From contig CAVSFZ010000009.1 in NCBI GenBank assembly GCA_963727235.1, forward strand, positions 179,328 through 243,327: 64,000 bases of DNA, given 5' to 3'. Each line of letters opens with the position of its first letter. The stretch's first letter is position 1. Source of the DNA: an uncultured Actinomycetes bacterium. Its GTDB lineage: Bacteria; Actinomycetota; Thermoleophilia; Gaiellales; JAICJC01. Positions 28,480 to 38,212 of the stretch are shown piece by piece. The position numbers were made by a program, and so were the translations under genes. The notes below the pieces were generated by a model. It had not been told where the DNA came from, did no database searches, and worked only from the letters and a program-made list of their open reading frames with translations.

Positions 28480-28950
28480 GTGACGGCGGATCAGTGGTTG
28501 CTCCTGGGGCATCTCGTGTGCGCGTTCGGATTCGTGTCGGCCGCGGTGGCGGCGGGAGTCCTCCAGTGGGCCGCGATCGGCCGCGAGAGGCCGAGCGAGA
28601 TCGTGTTCCTGCTTCGCCTGATCCGACCGGCGGTGGCAGTTGTGGCCGTTACCGCGGTGGCAACGCTCGGGTTCGGGCTGGTGCTGGCACATCAGCTTGG
28701 GATCAGCAGCTCCGTGTTTTGGCTGCGCGCCGCCGTCGGCCTCTGGCTCTTGAGCATGGTTCTCGGAGGCGTCGGAGGCCGCAGGGCTCGACACACCCGG
28801 TATCTCGCCGAATCGCTCGCAGCCTCGGGAGACGCGCCTTCTGCGGAGTTGAGACGCGCGCTCACCGATCCGATCACGCTCGCCCTCAACGGACTCAGCT
28901 TGGCTGCGTTGGTGCTGATCTTGGTGCTGATGGTGGGGCAGCCAACCTAG
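28480..28950 (+). CDS. membrane protein (DUF2269-like)
   Basis: Four hydrophobic helices, LLGHLV N-terminus, LMVGQP C-terminus. Confidence 0.65.
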   Translation: MTADQWLLLGHLVCAFGFVSAAVAAGVLQWAAIGRERPSEIVFLLRLIRPAVAVVAVTAVATLGFGLVLAHQLGISSSVFWLRAAVGLWLLSMVLGGVGGRRARHTRYLAESLAASGDAPSAELRRALTDPITLALNGLSLAALVLILVLMVGQPT

Positions 28951-29645
28951 CGTTGCTTGGCGGGCGACCATCGGCGGCGGTAGAGAATGAACGGTCGCCC
29001 CAGATATTGCAGAGGGATGCTCCAGGCGTGCACGAGGCGCGTGAACGGCCACACCAGCAGGAGCAGCCAGGCTGCGGTCGCGTGCATCTGATAGATGATC
29101 GGCACCCCGACCATCTTGGATGGCTCGGGGTGAAGGAAGATGATGCTGCGGAACCAGACTGCGACTGTGGCGCGATAGTCATAGCCGCCGCCTAGTGTGT
29201 TTCGGCCGATCGTCTCGGCGATCCCAAGCCCGATCACCAGCGCGAGCAAGACGTAGACGAGGATGTCCATGCGGCTGGTGGTGACCCGGACCCGGACTGA
29301 CGTGACGCGTCGCCAGGCGAGGATCGCGAAACCGGCGACGCAAGCGACTCCGGCGATCGTGCCCGCCGCGGCCGAGAGCAGGTGGTAGGAGTGTTCGCTG
29401 ATCCCGAGCGCGCCGGTCACACCGGCCGGCACGAGGATACCGAGCACGTGTCCGCCGATCGCGGCGAGCGCGCCGTAGTGGAACAGGATGCTTCCCCACT
29501 TGAGCTTGCGGCTCTCGAGGATCTGGGTTGAACGGGTTGTCCAGCCGTACTGGTCGGTGCGGTAACGCCAGATATGCCCGGCGATGAAGATCGCGATTGC
29601 GATGTACGGCAGAGCGACCCAGAGCATCAGTTGCAGCGCGGTCAC
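28947..29645 (-). CDS. narI: respiratory nitrate reductase gamma subunit
   Basis: RYRTDQYGWTTRSTQILE, LFHYG, GGHVLG, WPFTRLVHAWS. Confidence 0.96.
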   Translation of the reverse strand: MTALQLMLWVALPYIAIAIFIAGHIWRYRTDQYGWTTRSTQILESRKLKWGSILFHYGALAAIGGHVLGILVPAGVTGALGISEHSYHLLSAAAGTIAGVACVAGFAILAWRRVTSVRVRVTTSRMDILVYVLLALVIGLGIAETIGRNTLGGGYDYRATVAVWFRSIIFLHPEPSKMVGVPIIYQMHATAAWLLLLVWPFTRLVHAWSIPLQYLGRPFILYRRRWSPAKQR

Positions 29646-30274
29646 AGGCGCACCTCGGTGGGCATGACCTCGGGCGGCGCGAAGGGCTCGAGCCCAACCT
29701 GTTCATCGGGCGGCCCTTCTGCAACCAGGCGCCGAATCGCATCGGATTCCCTGAGCCCAAGACGCGGCAGCGCTGAGCACACGGCGTCGATCACGTGGAC
29801 GTGTGGCCGCTCGTCGGCCCGGAGAGCCAGCCGCAGCAGCTCGAGCCCGATCCGGTGTTCTTGCAGCACACGCTCGCCGTAGCCGAAGGGCGCGAAGGCC
29901 GCGAACTCGAGCATGACCGGGAGGTGGTCAGGAAGCTCATCGGACTCCAGTATCAGTCCCGCCGCCTGGTACAGCCGTTTCAGCCGCAAGAGCGAGACCC
30001 CGCGCCTGCGGGTGTCACCGTAGAGGTAGTAGCTCACGTTCAGCGTGCATCGCCGGCGGGTGTCGAACGTCTCGACATATTCCCGCTCGAGGTCGATCAA
30101 CGGCACATCCTGGCGGTAGGCCAGAAACCGCCCGAGTTGCGCCCGGGTTGTGTCGCCGGGGAGAGCCTTCACTGCGTCCGCGATCTCCCGGTCGGCCGCG
30201 AGCAGCGCCGTCGTCGGGTAGCGCAGGAGCAGCGAGGCGACCTGGAACAGTTCGGGAGTCGCGTCCCTGCTCAT
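29642..30274 (-). CDS. narJ: nitrate reductase molybdenum cofactor assembly chaperone
   Basis: LLLRYP, YVETFD, YGDTRRRG, ELPDHLPVMLEF. Confidence 0.95.
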   Translation of the reverse strand: MSRDATPELFQVASLLLRYPTTALLAADREIADAVKALPGDTTRAQLGRFLAYRQDVPLIDLEREYVETFDTRRRCTLNVSYYLYGDTRRRGVSLLRLKRLYQAAGLILESDELPDHLPVMLEFAAFAPFGYGERVLQEHRIGLELLRLALRADERPHVHVIDAVCSALPRLGLRESDAIRRLVAEGPPDEQVGLEPFAPPEVMPTEVRL

Positions 30275-31872
30275 CCCGGTGCCGTTCCGTCGGTCTTGGG
30301 CCGCCGGCGGACGACCTTCAGATCGAGTGGCCCCGAGGATGCCGGAGGTTGTGGCTGTTCCGTGAGCATGAACGACGTTGTTGCTGGTGGGGCGACTGCT
30401 CCGCAGTTGCCGGGGCCGCCCTCGAAATCGAGGCTGCAGCCGGCGCCCGCGCCCTGCTCCGCGAGGCGATCAGCGAGCTCGGCATGGGCCGGCGGGATGA
30501 CGTAGCGCTCGTCGTACTTCGCGATGGCGAGCAGCCGGTACATGTCCTCCAGCTCCTGCCCGGTCATGCCGACAGCCGCCGGAAGGCTCTCGTCGCTTTG
30601 GTGCAACACCTGGAGCTTGCGCATGTATCCGCGCATGGCCGCCAGCCTGCGGAGCACCCCTCGGATCACGTCGGTGTCGCCCGCAGAGAGCAGGTTGGCC
30701 AGGTACTCGAGCGGGATTCGCATGCTGTCGACGGCGGGAAACAGGTCGTCGGGGTCGGCCTCGTAGCCGTCGCCCTCCAACGCGTTGACGATCGGTGAGA
30801 GCGGGGGCACGTACCACACCATCGGCATCGTCCGGTACTCGGGGTGGAGCGGCAGAGCGACTTTGTAGCGCGCGACCAGGGCATGAACCGGCGACCGCCG
30901 GGCGTGCTCGATCCAGTCGGGAGAGATGCCGTCGGCAACCGCCCGCTCGCGCACATCGGGATCGGCGGGATCGAGAAACAGTCCGCGCTGCGCGTCGAGC
31001 AGGTCGTGCTCGTCTGCTACCGACGCGGCGGCTTCGACCCGGTCGGCGTCGTACAGGAGCAGCCCCAGGTAGCGGATGCGACCGACGCACGTCTCCGAGC
31101 AGATCGTTGGCTGTCCGGCCTCGATACGCGGGTAGCAGAGCGTGCACTTCTCAGCCTTGCCGGACCGGTGATTGAAGTAGACCTTCTTGTACGGGCATCC
31201 GCTGACGCAGAAGCGCCACCCCCGGCACTTGTCCTGGTCGACGAGCACGATGCCGTCCTCCTCGCGCTTGTACATCGCTCCCGAAGGGCACGACGCGACG
31301 CACGAAGGGTTGAGGCAGTGCTCGCAGATACGCGGGAGATAGAACATGAATGCCTGCTCGTACTCCATCTTCACCTTGTTGGCGAGCTCACCGTGAATCT
31401 GGGGATCGGCCATCGCCGTGTTGGGGCCACCGGCGAGGTTGTCATCCCAGTTGGGCCCCCATTCGACGTTCATGGCCTCGCCTGTCAGCTGGGAATGCGA
31501 TGTCGCGACCGGGTCGTGCTTTTGCAGCGGCGCGCTGATCAGCGTCTCGTAGTTGTATGTCCACGGGTCGTAGTAATCGTCCAGCTCAGGCAGGTCGGGG
31601 TTCCAGAAGATCGAGGCGAGCTTCTTGAGCCGTCCGCCGGCGCGCAGCCGAAGCCGCCCTCGCCGGTCGAGCTCCCAGCCGCCTCGCCACTGCTCTTGAT
31701 CTGACCAGCGCTTCGGGTACCCGAGACCGGGCCGGGTCTCGACGTTGTTGAACCAGGCGTACTCAGCCCCGGGACGGTTCGTCCACACCTGCTTGCAGGT
31801 GACGCTACAGGTGTGGCACCCGATGCACTTGTCGAGGTTCATGACCATCGCCACCTGCGCCTTGATCGTCAT
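30271..31872 (-). CDS. narH: respiratory nitrate reductase beta subunit
   Basis: MVMNLDKCIGCHTCSVTCK, PRICEHCLNPSCVASCPSG, CRGWRFCVSGCPYKK. Confidence 0.97.
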   Translation of the reverse strand: MTIKAQVAMVMNLDKCIGCHTCSVTCKQVWTNRPGAEYAWFNNVETRPGLGYPKRWSDQEQWRGGWELDRRGRLRLRAGGRLKKLASIFWNPDLPELDDYYDPWTYNYETLISAPLQKHDPVATSHSQLTGEAMNVEWGPNWDDNLAGGPNTAMADPQIHGELANKVKMEYEQAFMFYLPRICEHCLNPSCVASCPSGAMYKREEDGIVLVDQDKCRGWRFCVSGCPYKKVYFNHRSGKAEKCTLCYPRIEAGQPTICSETCVGRIRYLGLLLYDADRVEAAASVADEHDLLDAQRGLFLDPADPDVRERAVADGISPDWIEHARRSPVHALVARYKVALPLHPEYRTMPMVWYVPPLSPIVNALEGDGYEADPDDLFPAVDSMRIPLEYLANLLSAGDTDVIRGVLRRLAAMRGYMRKLQVLHQSDESLPAAVGMTGQELEDMYRLLAIAKYDERYVIPPAHAELADRLAEQGAGAGCSLDFEGGPGNCGAVAPPATTSFMLTEQPQPPASSGPLDLKVVRRRPKTDGTAPG

Positions 31873-34800
31873 CAGAACTCGACCTCGGATTCCCGGCGGC
31901 GCACCAGCACGACCTCGTCACGTTGCGATCCCGTCGGCCCGTAGTAGTTGAAGCCATAGCTCAACTGCGCATATCCGCCGATCATGTGTGACGGCTTCAT
32001 TGCGATTCGCGTGACCGAATTGTCGGTGCCGCCTCGATTCCCGAGCAGCTCGGTGCGGGGCGTCTGGAGGTGTCGATCCTTGGCGTGATACATCAAGCAG
32101 ACGCCTTTGGGAATCCGATGCGAAACCGTCGCCCGGCAGGCCATGACGCCGTTGCGGTTGTAGGCCTCGACCCAATCGTTGTCGCTGATCGAGAGCGTCT
32201 CTGCATCCTCGCGGCTGAGCCACAAAACCGCTCCGCCGCGAAACAGCGTCAGCATGTGCAGGTTGTCCTGGTACTCGGAGTGGATCGACCATTTGGAGTG
32301 TGGTGTCAGGTAGCGGAGCGCCAGCTCCGGCCGGTCGCCGCCTGCACGATCGAGGTGGGTCGGGTTGCCGCGCACCAGCGGCGGCCGGTAGTTCGGCAGG
32401 CCCTCGCCCAGCTCGAGCATCCATTCGTGATCGATGTAGAAATGCTGTCGGCCCGAGAGGGTGTGCCACGGCTTGTCGCGCTCCACGTTGATCGTGAACG
32501 GGCTGTAGCGGCGCCCGTGCTCGTCGATGCCCGACCATTCGGGCGACGTCAGCACCGTGCGCGGCTGCACCTGGGCGTCGGCGAAGGTGATTCGCTCGTC
32601 CGCGCGTCGTTCGGCCAGCGACGCCAACGGCACGCCGCAGCGCTCCTCGAGCGATTCGAACCCCGCCAGGGCGATGCGGCCGTTGGTGGTACCCGAGAGC
32701 GCCAGGATCGCCTCGCACGCGTGCTCCACACGGTCAAGTGACGGGCGGCCGTCGGCGATTCCCCCGCGTACGAGTCCGTTCTGGCGGCCCAGCCACTCGA
32801 CCTCCTCCACCGGCTTCCACGACGCGCCCTTGACCGCCGCTCCCAGCGTCGCGGCGAGCGGGCCGAGCGCAGCGTGCTGAGCGGCGACGTTGGGATAGTC
32901 GCGATCCACCACGATCAGCTTGGGCATCGTCTTCCCCGGGATCGGCTCGCACTCTCCGGCCCGCCAGTCGAGCACACGACCGTGCGGCTGCGAGATCTCA
33001 TCGGGTGTGTCGTGTGCCAGCGGCGCGGCGATGATGTCCCGGCGCGCGCCGAGATGCTTCTCCGCCAGCTGCGAGAACTTCTCGGCGATCGCCTTGAACG
33101 AATCCCAGTCGGTGCGGGCCTCCCATGGAGGCGGGATGGCGGGATTGAACGTGTGCACGAACGGGTGGAGGTCGGTGGTCGAGAGGTCGTGCTTCTCATA
33201 CCACGTCGCGGCCGGCAGCACGACGTCGGAGAAGAGCGCGTTGGACGTCATGCGAAAGTCGATGGTGGTGAACAGGTCGAGCTTGGCCTCGGGCGCTTCC
33301 CGCCAGGTCACGTCCCGCGGCCGATGCTCGGGCGCCGCCTCCTCTGCGCGCACACCGGGGTCGGCCGCGCCCAGCATGTGCTTGAGGAAGTACTCGTGCC
33401 CCTTGCCCGACGACCCCAGCAGGTTCGCCCGCCACACCGTCATCACCCGCGGATGGTTGTGGTCTGCGTCGGGGTCCTCACAGGCGAACCGAAGCCGCCC
33501 CTGCCGCAGCTCCGAGACGACGAACTCGGCCGGATCGACGCCCGCCCGCTCGGCCTCGTCGACCAGATCGAGGCTACTTCGATCGAAGCTCGGAAACGAC
33601 GGTAGCCAGCCAAGCCGGGCGGCGAGGGCATTCACGTCGGCGATGTGCATGTCCTTGAACCTGCCCGTGCCCAGCGGTGATGCCAGCCGGTCAGGGAAGA
33701 CGTCGGCATAGCGCCACTGTCCAGACAGCAGCGAGAAGAACGGCGTGGCCGCCTGGTGCCGAGTCGGGCGCACCCAGTCGGAGGCGAACGCGACCGTCTG
33801 GAAGCCGGTCAGCGGCCGCACCTTCTCCTGCCCGACGTAGTGTGCCCAGCCCCCGCCGTTCTTCCCCTGACACCCGCACAGGAGCACCATCGCCAGAAAC
33901 GTGCGGTAGATCTCATCGGAATGGAACCAGTGATTGGTGCCCGCACCCATCGCGATCATCGAGCGGCCCTCGGTCAACTCCGCGTTTCGGGCAAACTCAC
34001 GGGCGGTGCGGACGCAATCACCTCGATCGACCGAGGTGATCCGCTCCTGCCAAGCGGGCGTCCCGACCTGATCGGCGTCGTCATATCCCGACGGCCAGTC
34101 CCCGGGGAGCCCGTCTCGCCCGACACCATACTGCGCCAGCATCAGGTCGAGCACCGTGGTGACCACTTGGCCGCCGATCCTCATCGCCGGAACGCCCCGG
34201 CGGATGATCGAGCCGCCGTCGGTGTCTCCGACATCGAAGCGCGGCAGGTCGACCACGACCGATTCCGCGTCGTCACGGCCAAGCAGGGTGAGCGCGGGCA
34301 CCGTCTCCGCCAGGCGGAGGTTCCAGCGCCCCTTCTCGTCGCTCCACCGGAATCCCGCCGAGCCGTTCGGGATCACCGGCCGGCCTATGGCCTCATCCAG
34401 AACCACCGTCTTCCAATCGGGGTTCTCGTCGGGATCGCCGAGGTCGGAGGCGGTCAGGAAGCGATCCGGCGTGTACCCGTCGCCGCGTTCGCGGAGCGTC
34501 ACCAGCAGTGGCAGGTCGGTGAACCGGCGGGCGTAGTCGCGGAAGTACGGCACCTCCCGATCGGCCCAGAACTCGCGCAGGATCACATGCCCCATCGCCA
34601 TCGCCAGCGCGCCGTCTGTGCCTGGATGCGCCGCCAGCCAGCGATCGGCGAACTTCGTGTGCTCGGCGTAGTCCGGGCTGACGACCACCACCTTCTGACC
34701 GTGGTAACGGGCCTCGGTCATGAAGTGGGCGTCGGGCGTGCGCGTGGTCGGCAGGTTCGTGCCCCAAACGATCAGGTATCCGGCGTTCCACCAATCGCCC

Positions 34801-35552
34801 GACTCGGGCACGTCGGTCTGATCCCCGAAGGTCTGCGGCGACGCCGGCGGCAGATCGCAGTACCAGTCGTAGAAGCTCAGCACGACCCCGCCGATCAGCG
34901 ACAGGAACCGCGTACCGGAGGCGTAGCTTGCCATCGACATCGCCGGGATCGGCGTGAACCCGGCCACCCGATCAGGCCCGTACCGCTTGATCGTGTGCAC
35001 GTGGGCAGCCGCAATCAGCTCGGTCGTCTCGTCCCAGGTCGAGCGGACGAACCCGCCCCGGCCGCGCTGGCTCGTGTATGTCCGTCTGCGATCCGGATCG
35101 TCCTGGATCGCCGCCCACGCCTCGACCGGATCGCCCAGCCGTGCGCGTTCGGCGCGGTACATCTCGATCAGGCTGCCGCGCACGTACGGGTAGCGCAGCC
35201 TGATGGGCGAGTAGACATACCACGAAAACGATGCTCCGCGCGGGCAGCCACGCGGCTCATACTCCGGCATGTCAGGTCCGGTCGAGGGATAGTCGACCGC
35301 CTGGGTCTCCCAGGTGACCAACCCATCCTTGACGTAGACGTTCCACGAGCACGAGCCGGTGCAGTTCACACCGTGGGTCGAGCGGACAACCTTGTCGTGC
35401 TGCCAACGGTCGCGATAGAACGATTCCCAGTCCCGGTCCTTGGCGGTGAGCTGGCTCCAGCCCTCCTCACTCACCGGCCCCCGGCGGAAGAACTCGTGTG
35501 CTCGCAAAAGCTTCGACTCGACCCGCGCCTGAGGTGACGGTTTTCGGATCAC
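31872..35552 (-). CDS. narG: respiratory nitrate reductase alpha subunit
   Basis: RSTHGVNCTGSCSW, EPRGCPRGASFSWY, GFTPIPAMSM, LTPHSKWSIHS, GFNYYGPTG. Confidence 0.97.
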   Translation of the reverse strand: MIRKPSPQARVESKLLRAHEFFRRGPVSEEGWSQLTAKDRDWESFYRDRWQHDKVVRSTHGVNCTGSCSWNVYVKDGLVTWETQAVDYPSTGPDMPEYEPRGCPRGASFSWYVYSPIRLRYPYVRGSLIEMYRAERARLGDPVEAWAAIQDDPDRRRTYTSQRGRGGFVRSTWDETTELIAAAHVHTIKRYGPDRVAGFTPIPAMSMASYASGTRFLSLIGGVVLSFYDWYCDLPPASPQTFGDQTDVPESGDWWNAGYLIVWGTNLPTTRTPDAHFMTEARYHGQKVVVVSPDYAEHTKFADRWLAAHPGTDGALAMAMGHVILREFWADREVPYFRDYARRFTDLPLLVTLRERGDGYTPDRFLTASDLGDPDENPDWKTVVLDEAIGRPVIPNGSAGFRWSDEKGRWNLRLAETVPALTLLGRDDAESVVVDLPRFDVGDTDGGSIIRRGVPAMRIGGQVVTTVLDLMLAQYGVGRDGLPGDWPSGYDDADQVGTPAWQERITSVDRGDCVRTAREFARNAELTEGRSMIAMGAGTNHWFHSDEIYRTFLAMVLLCGCQGKNGGGWAHYVGQEKVRPLTGFQTVAFASDWVRPTRHQAATPFFSLLSGQWRYADVFPDRLASPLGTGRFKDMHIADVNALAARLGWLPSFPSFDRSSLDLVDEAERAGVDPAEFVVSELRQGRLRFACEDPDADHNHPRVMTVWRANLLGSSGKGHEYFLKHMLGAADPGVRAEEAAPEHRPRDVTWREAPEAKLDLFTTIDFRMTSNALFSDVVLPAATWYEKHDLSTTDLHPFVHTFNPAIPPPWEARTDWDSFKAIAEKFSQLAEKHLGARRDIIAAPLAHDTPDEISQPHGRVLDWRAGECEPIPGKTMPKLIVVDRDYPNVAAQHAALGPLAATLGAAVKGASWKPVEEVEWLGRQNGLVRGGIADGRPSLDRVEHACEAILALSGTTNGRIALAGFESLEERCGVPLASLAERRADERITFADAQVQPRTVLTSPEWSGIDEHGRRYSPFTINVERDKPWHTLSGRQHFYIDHEWMLELGEGLPNYRPPLVRGNPTHLDRAGGDRPELALRYLTPHSKWSIHSEYQDNLHMLTLFRGGAVLWLSREDAETLSISDNDWVEAYNRNGVMACRATVSHRIPKGVCLMYHAKDRHLQTPRTELLGNRGGTDNSVTRIAMKPSHMIGGYAQLSYGFNYYGPTGSQRDEVVLVRRRESEVEF

Positions 35553-35583
35553 GACGCGACTCTAACTCGCGCCGGATTAAAGT

Positions 35584-36786
35584 TCACGTTCCGGGAAGCC
35601 CCGTAGCGGGAGCGGTGCCGTTCACGGAGCGCTCGCGGATCAAGAGGGCGAGAGCCACCCCGAAGCAGATCACGCAGAACACCAGCAGCCCGACGAATCC
35701 GAGAGCAAAGCTCCCGGTCCAGCCTTTGATCAGCCCCATCACCACCGGCGGGAAGAACCCGCCGATTCCGCCCACCGCGCCGACGATGCCGGTTGCGGCA
35801 CCGGGATTCTCGGGGAACTCCTGCGGCACCAGCTTGAACACCGCACCGCTCCCGATTCCCAGGAACACACCCATCGTCAGGCATGCGATCGAGACCGTGA
35901 GCATGGTCGGGTGGGACGCCACCGCCGCCAGCACGGCCCCGTCCACCGCGATCCCCGCGAACGCCGCCGTCAACACCGTCGCGCCGCCGTAGCGATCAGC
36001 CAGCCAGCCGCCGATCGGCCGCGCCGCGACCGCCACCGCCGCGAAACCCGCCGCCCGCGCGCCGGCGTCCACGTCCGAGAGTCCAAACCACTTGGTGAGG
36101 AGCTTCTGGAGGAAGGTGAACATCGCCACGAACGCGCCGAACGTCAGGAAATACAGCAGCGCCAGCCGCCACAGCCGCCAGCCGGCACCAAGCACGTTGC
36201 CGTAGCGAGTCGGCTTCGGAGGGTTGGGGGCATCGCTGCTGAGAAACCACATCATGCCGGCGCCAAACACGAGGATCGCCGCCATGCCCCAGCCAAGGTA
36301 GGCCTGCCCATACCGTTCCAGCGTGCGGGGGACGACCAGAAGCGCGATCGCCGGACCGATGGTGCCGAGCGCGTACACGCCCACAGCAAAGCCCTGACGC
36401 GTCCGCTCATACCAGCCGACCACGAACGGGACGCCCACCGCGAACGCTGACCCGGCTGCGCCCATGAAGAACCCGATCACCAGCAGCGCGCCGTAGTTGG
36501 TCACGTAGCCCAGAAGGATCGCGGGCAAGATCGAGAGCAACATCGTGACGGTGAATATCAAGCGCCCCCCGAATCGGTCGGCGAGCCATCCAGCGGGGAT
36601 GCGTAGCAGCGAGCCGCAAAGCACCGGCACCGCAGCCAGCAACAGCACCTGCGTATCCGACCAGCCATGCGAGTCCTGGAGGTTTTTGGCCAACGGAGCA
36701 ACCAACCCCCAACTCGTGAAACAGATCGTGAACGCAATCGTGGCCAGCCCGAGATTTTTTCGAGCGCTGCGTGCATCGGTAGTCAT
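35584..36786 (-). CDS. narK: MFS nitrate/nitrite transporter
   Basis: GSLLRIPAGWLADRFGGR, YFLTFGAFVA, GSGAVFKLVP, GIVGAVGGIGGFF; directly upstream of narG. Confidence 0.9.
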   Translation of the reverse strand: MTTDARSARKNLGLATIAFTICFTSWGLVAPLAKNLQDSHGWSDTQVLLLAAVPVLCGSLLRIPAGWLADRFGGRLIFTVTMLLSILPAILLGYVTNYGALLVIGFFMGAAGSAFAVGVPFVVGWYERTRQGFAVGVYALGTIGPAIALLVVPRTLERYGQAYLGWGMAAILVFGAGMMWFLSSDAPNPPKPTRYGNVLGAGWRLWRLALLYFLTFGAFVAMFTFLQKLLTKWFGLSDVDAGARAAGFAAVAVAARPIGGWLADRYGGATVLTAAFAGIAVDGAVLAAVASHPTMLTVSIACLTMGVFLGIGSGAVFKLVPQEFPENPGAATGIVGAVGGIGGFFPPVVMGLIKGWTGSFALGFVGLLVFCVICFGVALALLIRERSVNGTAPATGLPGT

Positions 36787-36902
36787 GGCTCCGCCCATGT
36801 TGCAGGATCAAGGTGGTGGCGCCCATCGGTGCTGCCACGGTTCCGACTGCGGGAAACCCGCAACGTTTCATTCGGAGTCGAAGACTCGGGCCGGGTGAGG
36901 GC

Positions 36903-37451
36903 TCACACCGTCGCCCGGCGGGGTTCGCGCCGCTTTCGGACGATCCAGCGACTGATCGCGAGGGTGGCCAGGACACCTGGGACGGCGACCACGACCGGGA
37001 GTACTCCTCCGGGGTTCAGGGTACGGCGCTCTGCCACGCGCACGTGGAGTGGTTGGCTGACGGCGATGGGGCCGGATCCCTCGTGGCTGAGCACCGCGAC
37101 GTAGACAATGAAGCTTCCGCCGTTTACGGCTTTCAAAGTCCAGTGCACGTCAATTTCCTGGCCCGGCGGAGCCGTGACGTAGCGGGTGCGGTTGGACGAC
37201 CAGTCCTCGGGGTCGACGTACACCGAATCGTCCAGGCTGAGGACGTTGAGGTGGACGACCAGTGGACGCTGAGCTGAGTCGAGGTTGTTCCGCACCGTGC
37301 TTGTGAAGTCGAAGGTCTGGCCCAGGTTGGGATGGGCGAACGATCTGTCGAGCGTGACTGAGACCGCCGGTGAGCTGGTGGCTCTCGCCGGCCATGCGGC
37401 TATGACGAACGTCACAGCCGTGAGCACGAGCGCGAGCCGGCCGCGGTTCAT
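36903..37451 (-). CDS. secreted/membrane-anchored hypothetical protein associated with the ABC exporter
   Basis: Start MNRGRL at 37451 overlaps the permease stop; signal peptide, Ig-like core (YVDPEDWS), C-terminal TM. Confidence 0.65.
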   Translation of the reverse strand: MNRGRLALVLTAVTFVIAAWPARATSSPAVSVTLDRSFAHPNLGQTFDFTSTVRNNLDSAQRPLVVHLNVLSLDDSVYVDPEDWSSNRTRYVTAPPGQEIDVHWTLKAVNGGSFIVYVAVLSHEGSGPIAVSQPLHVRVAERRTLNPGGVLPVVVAVPGVLATLAISRWIVRKRREPRRATV

Positions 37452-38212
37452 CGGCTTGCTCCTGCCAATGTGATGAAGCGGCCGGTGATCAGCGCGGCCG
37501 CTGTACAGATTGCCGCTGCCGCCACCGGCGTGAGTAGCCAGGCGACGTCGTCGGTGGTGCCGTGCGCGTCGATCACCAGCCGGCCGAGGTAGTGCAGGCC
37601 GGCAGTGAGCGGGTTGAACCGTTGCACCAGCTCGCCGGCCCACCCGGTCTGGGCTCCCGTTGGAAACTGTGTCGGTGCATAGAGCGCCAGCAGGATGAAC
37701 ATGTTTACGGCGAGGCTGAGCCGGTTCGTGGCAGCAGCTCCGCTGACGGTGAGCCCGATTCCAGCGAACGCAACCGAGAGCAGACTCCCCACCAGAAGGC
37801 CGCTTGCAAGCGGCGCTGCGACCAAGCCGATACCGTGGCCGAGAAACCACACGTAGGGTACCGCCACGACCCATGCTGCAAACCAGAGTGAGAGGGCAGC
37901 GATGCCCTTTCCCATGACCAACTCCCAGCGCGGAGTCGGGGCAAGCAGAAGCGCCTCGAGCGTGCCCCGTTCGCGCTCACCGCTCACCGCGTCTGCCGCG
38001 GCCAGCAGGGTGAGCAGCGCACCAACGGCGACAGCAACCTGGAGCGTGAGGCTGACAGCCTCTCGCTGCTCGAGAAAGTTGATGGCCTGATTCGACGCCA
38101 CCAAGTAGGTGGTGATGCTCAGAAGAACGCTGTAGGCGAGGATCAGCGACAGTCCGCGCCCTCGCAGCCAAAGGTCACGCAGCTCCTGACCAGCTACCAC
38201 GAGCCACGTCAT
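37448..38212 (-). CDS. ABC-2 type transporter permease
   Basis: AVSGERERGTLEALLLAPTPR…GK; six TM segments. Confidence 0.88.
   Translation of the reverse strand: MTWLVVAGQELRDLWLRGRGLSLILAYSVLLSITTYLVASNQAINFLEQREAVSLTLQVAVAVGALLTLLAAADAVSGERERGTLEALLLAPTPRWELVMGKGIAALSLWFAAWVVAVPYVWFLGHGIGLVAAPLASGLLVGSLLSVAFAGIGLTVSGAAATNRLSLAVNMFILLALYAPTQFPTGAQTGWAGELVQRFNPLTAGLHYLGRLVIDAHGTTDDVAWLLTPVAAAAICTAAALITGRFITLAGASR

Noticed and set aside
33756-35537. 593-aa plus-strand ORF, and similar long antisense ORFs elsewhere
   Set aside because: Shadow ORFs opposite well-supported genes (narG, AldDH, ATPase), expected in high-GC DNA; no recognisable motifs.
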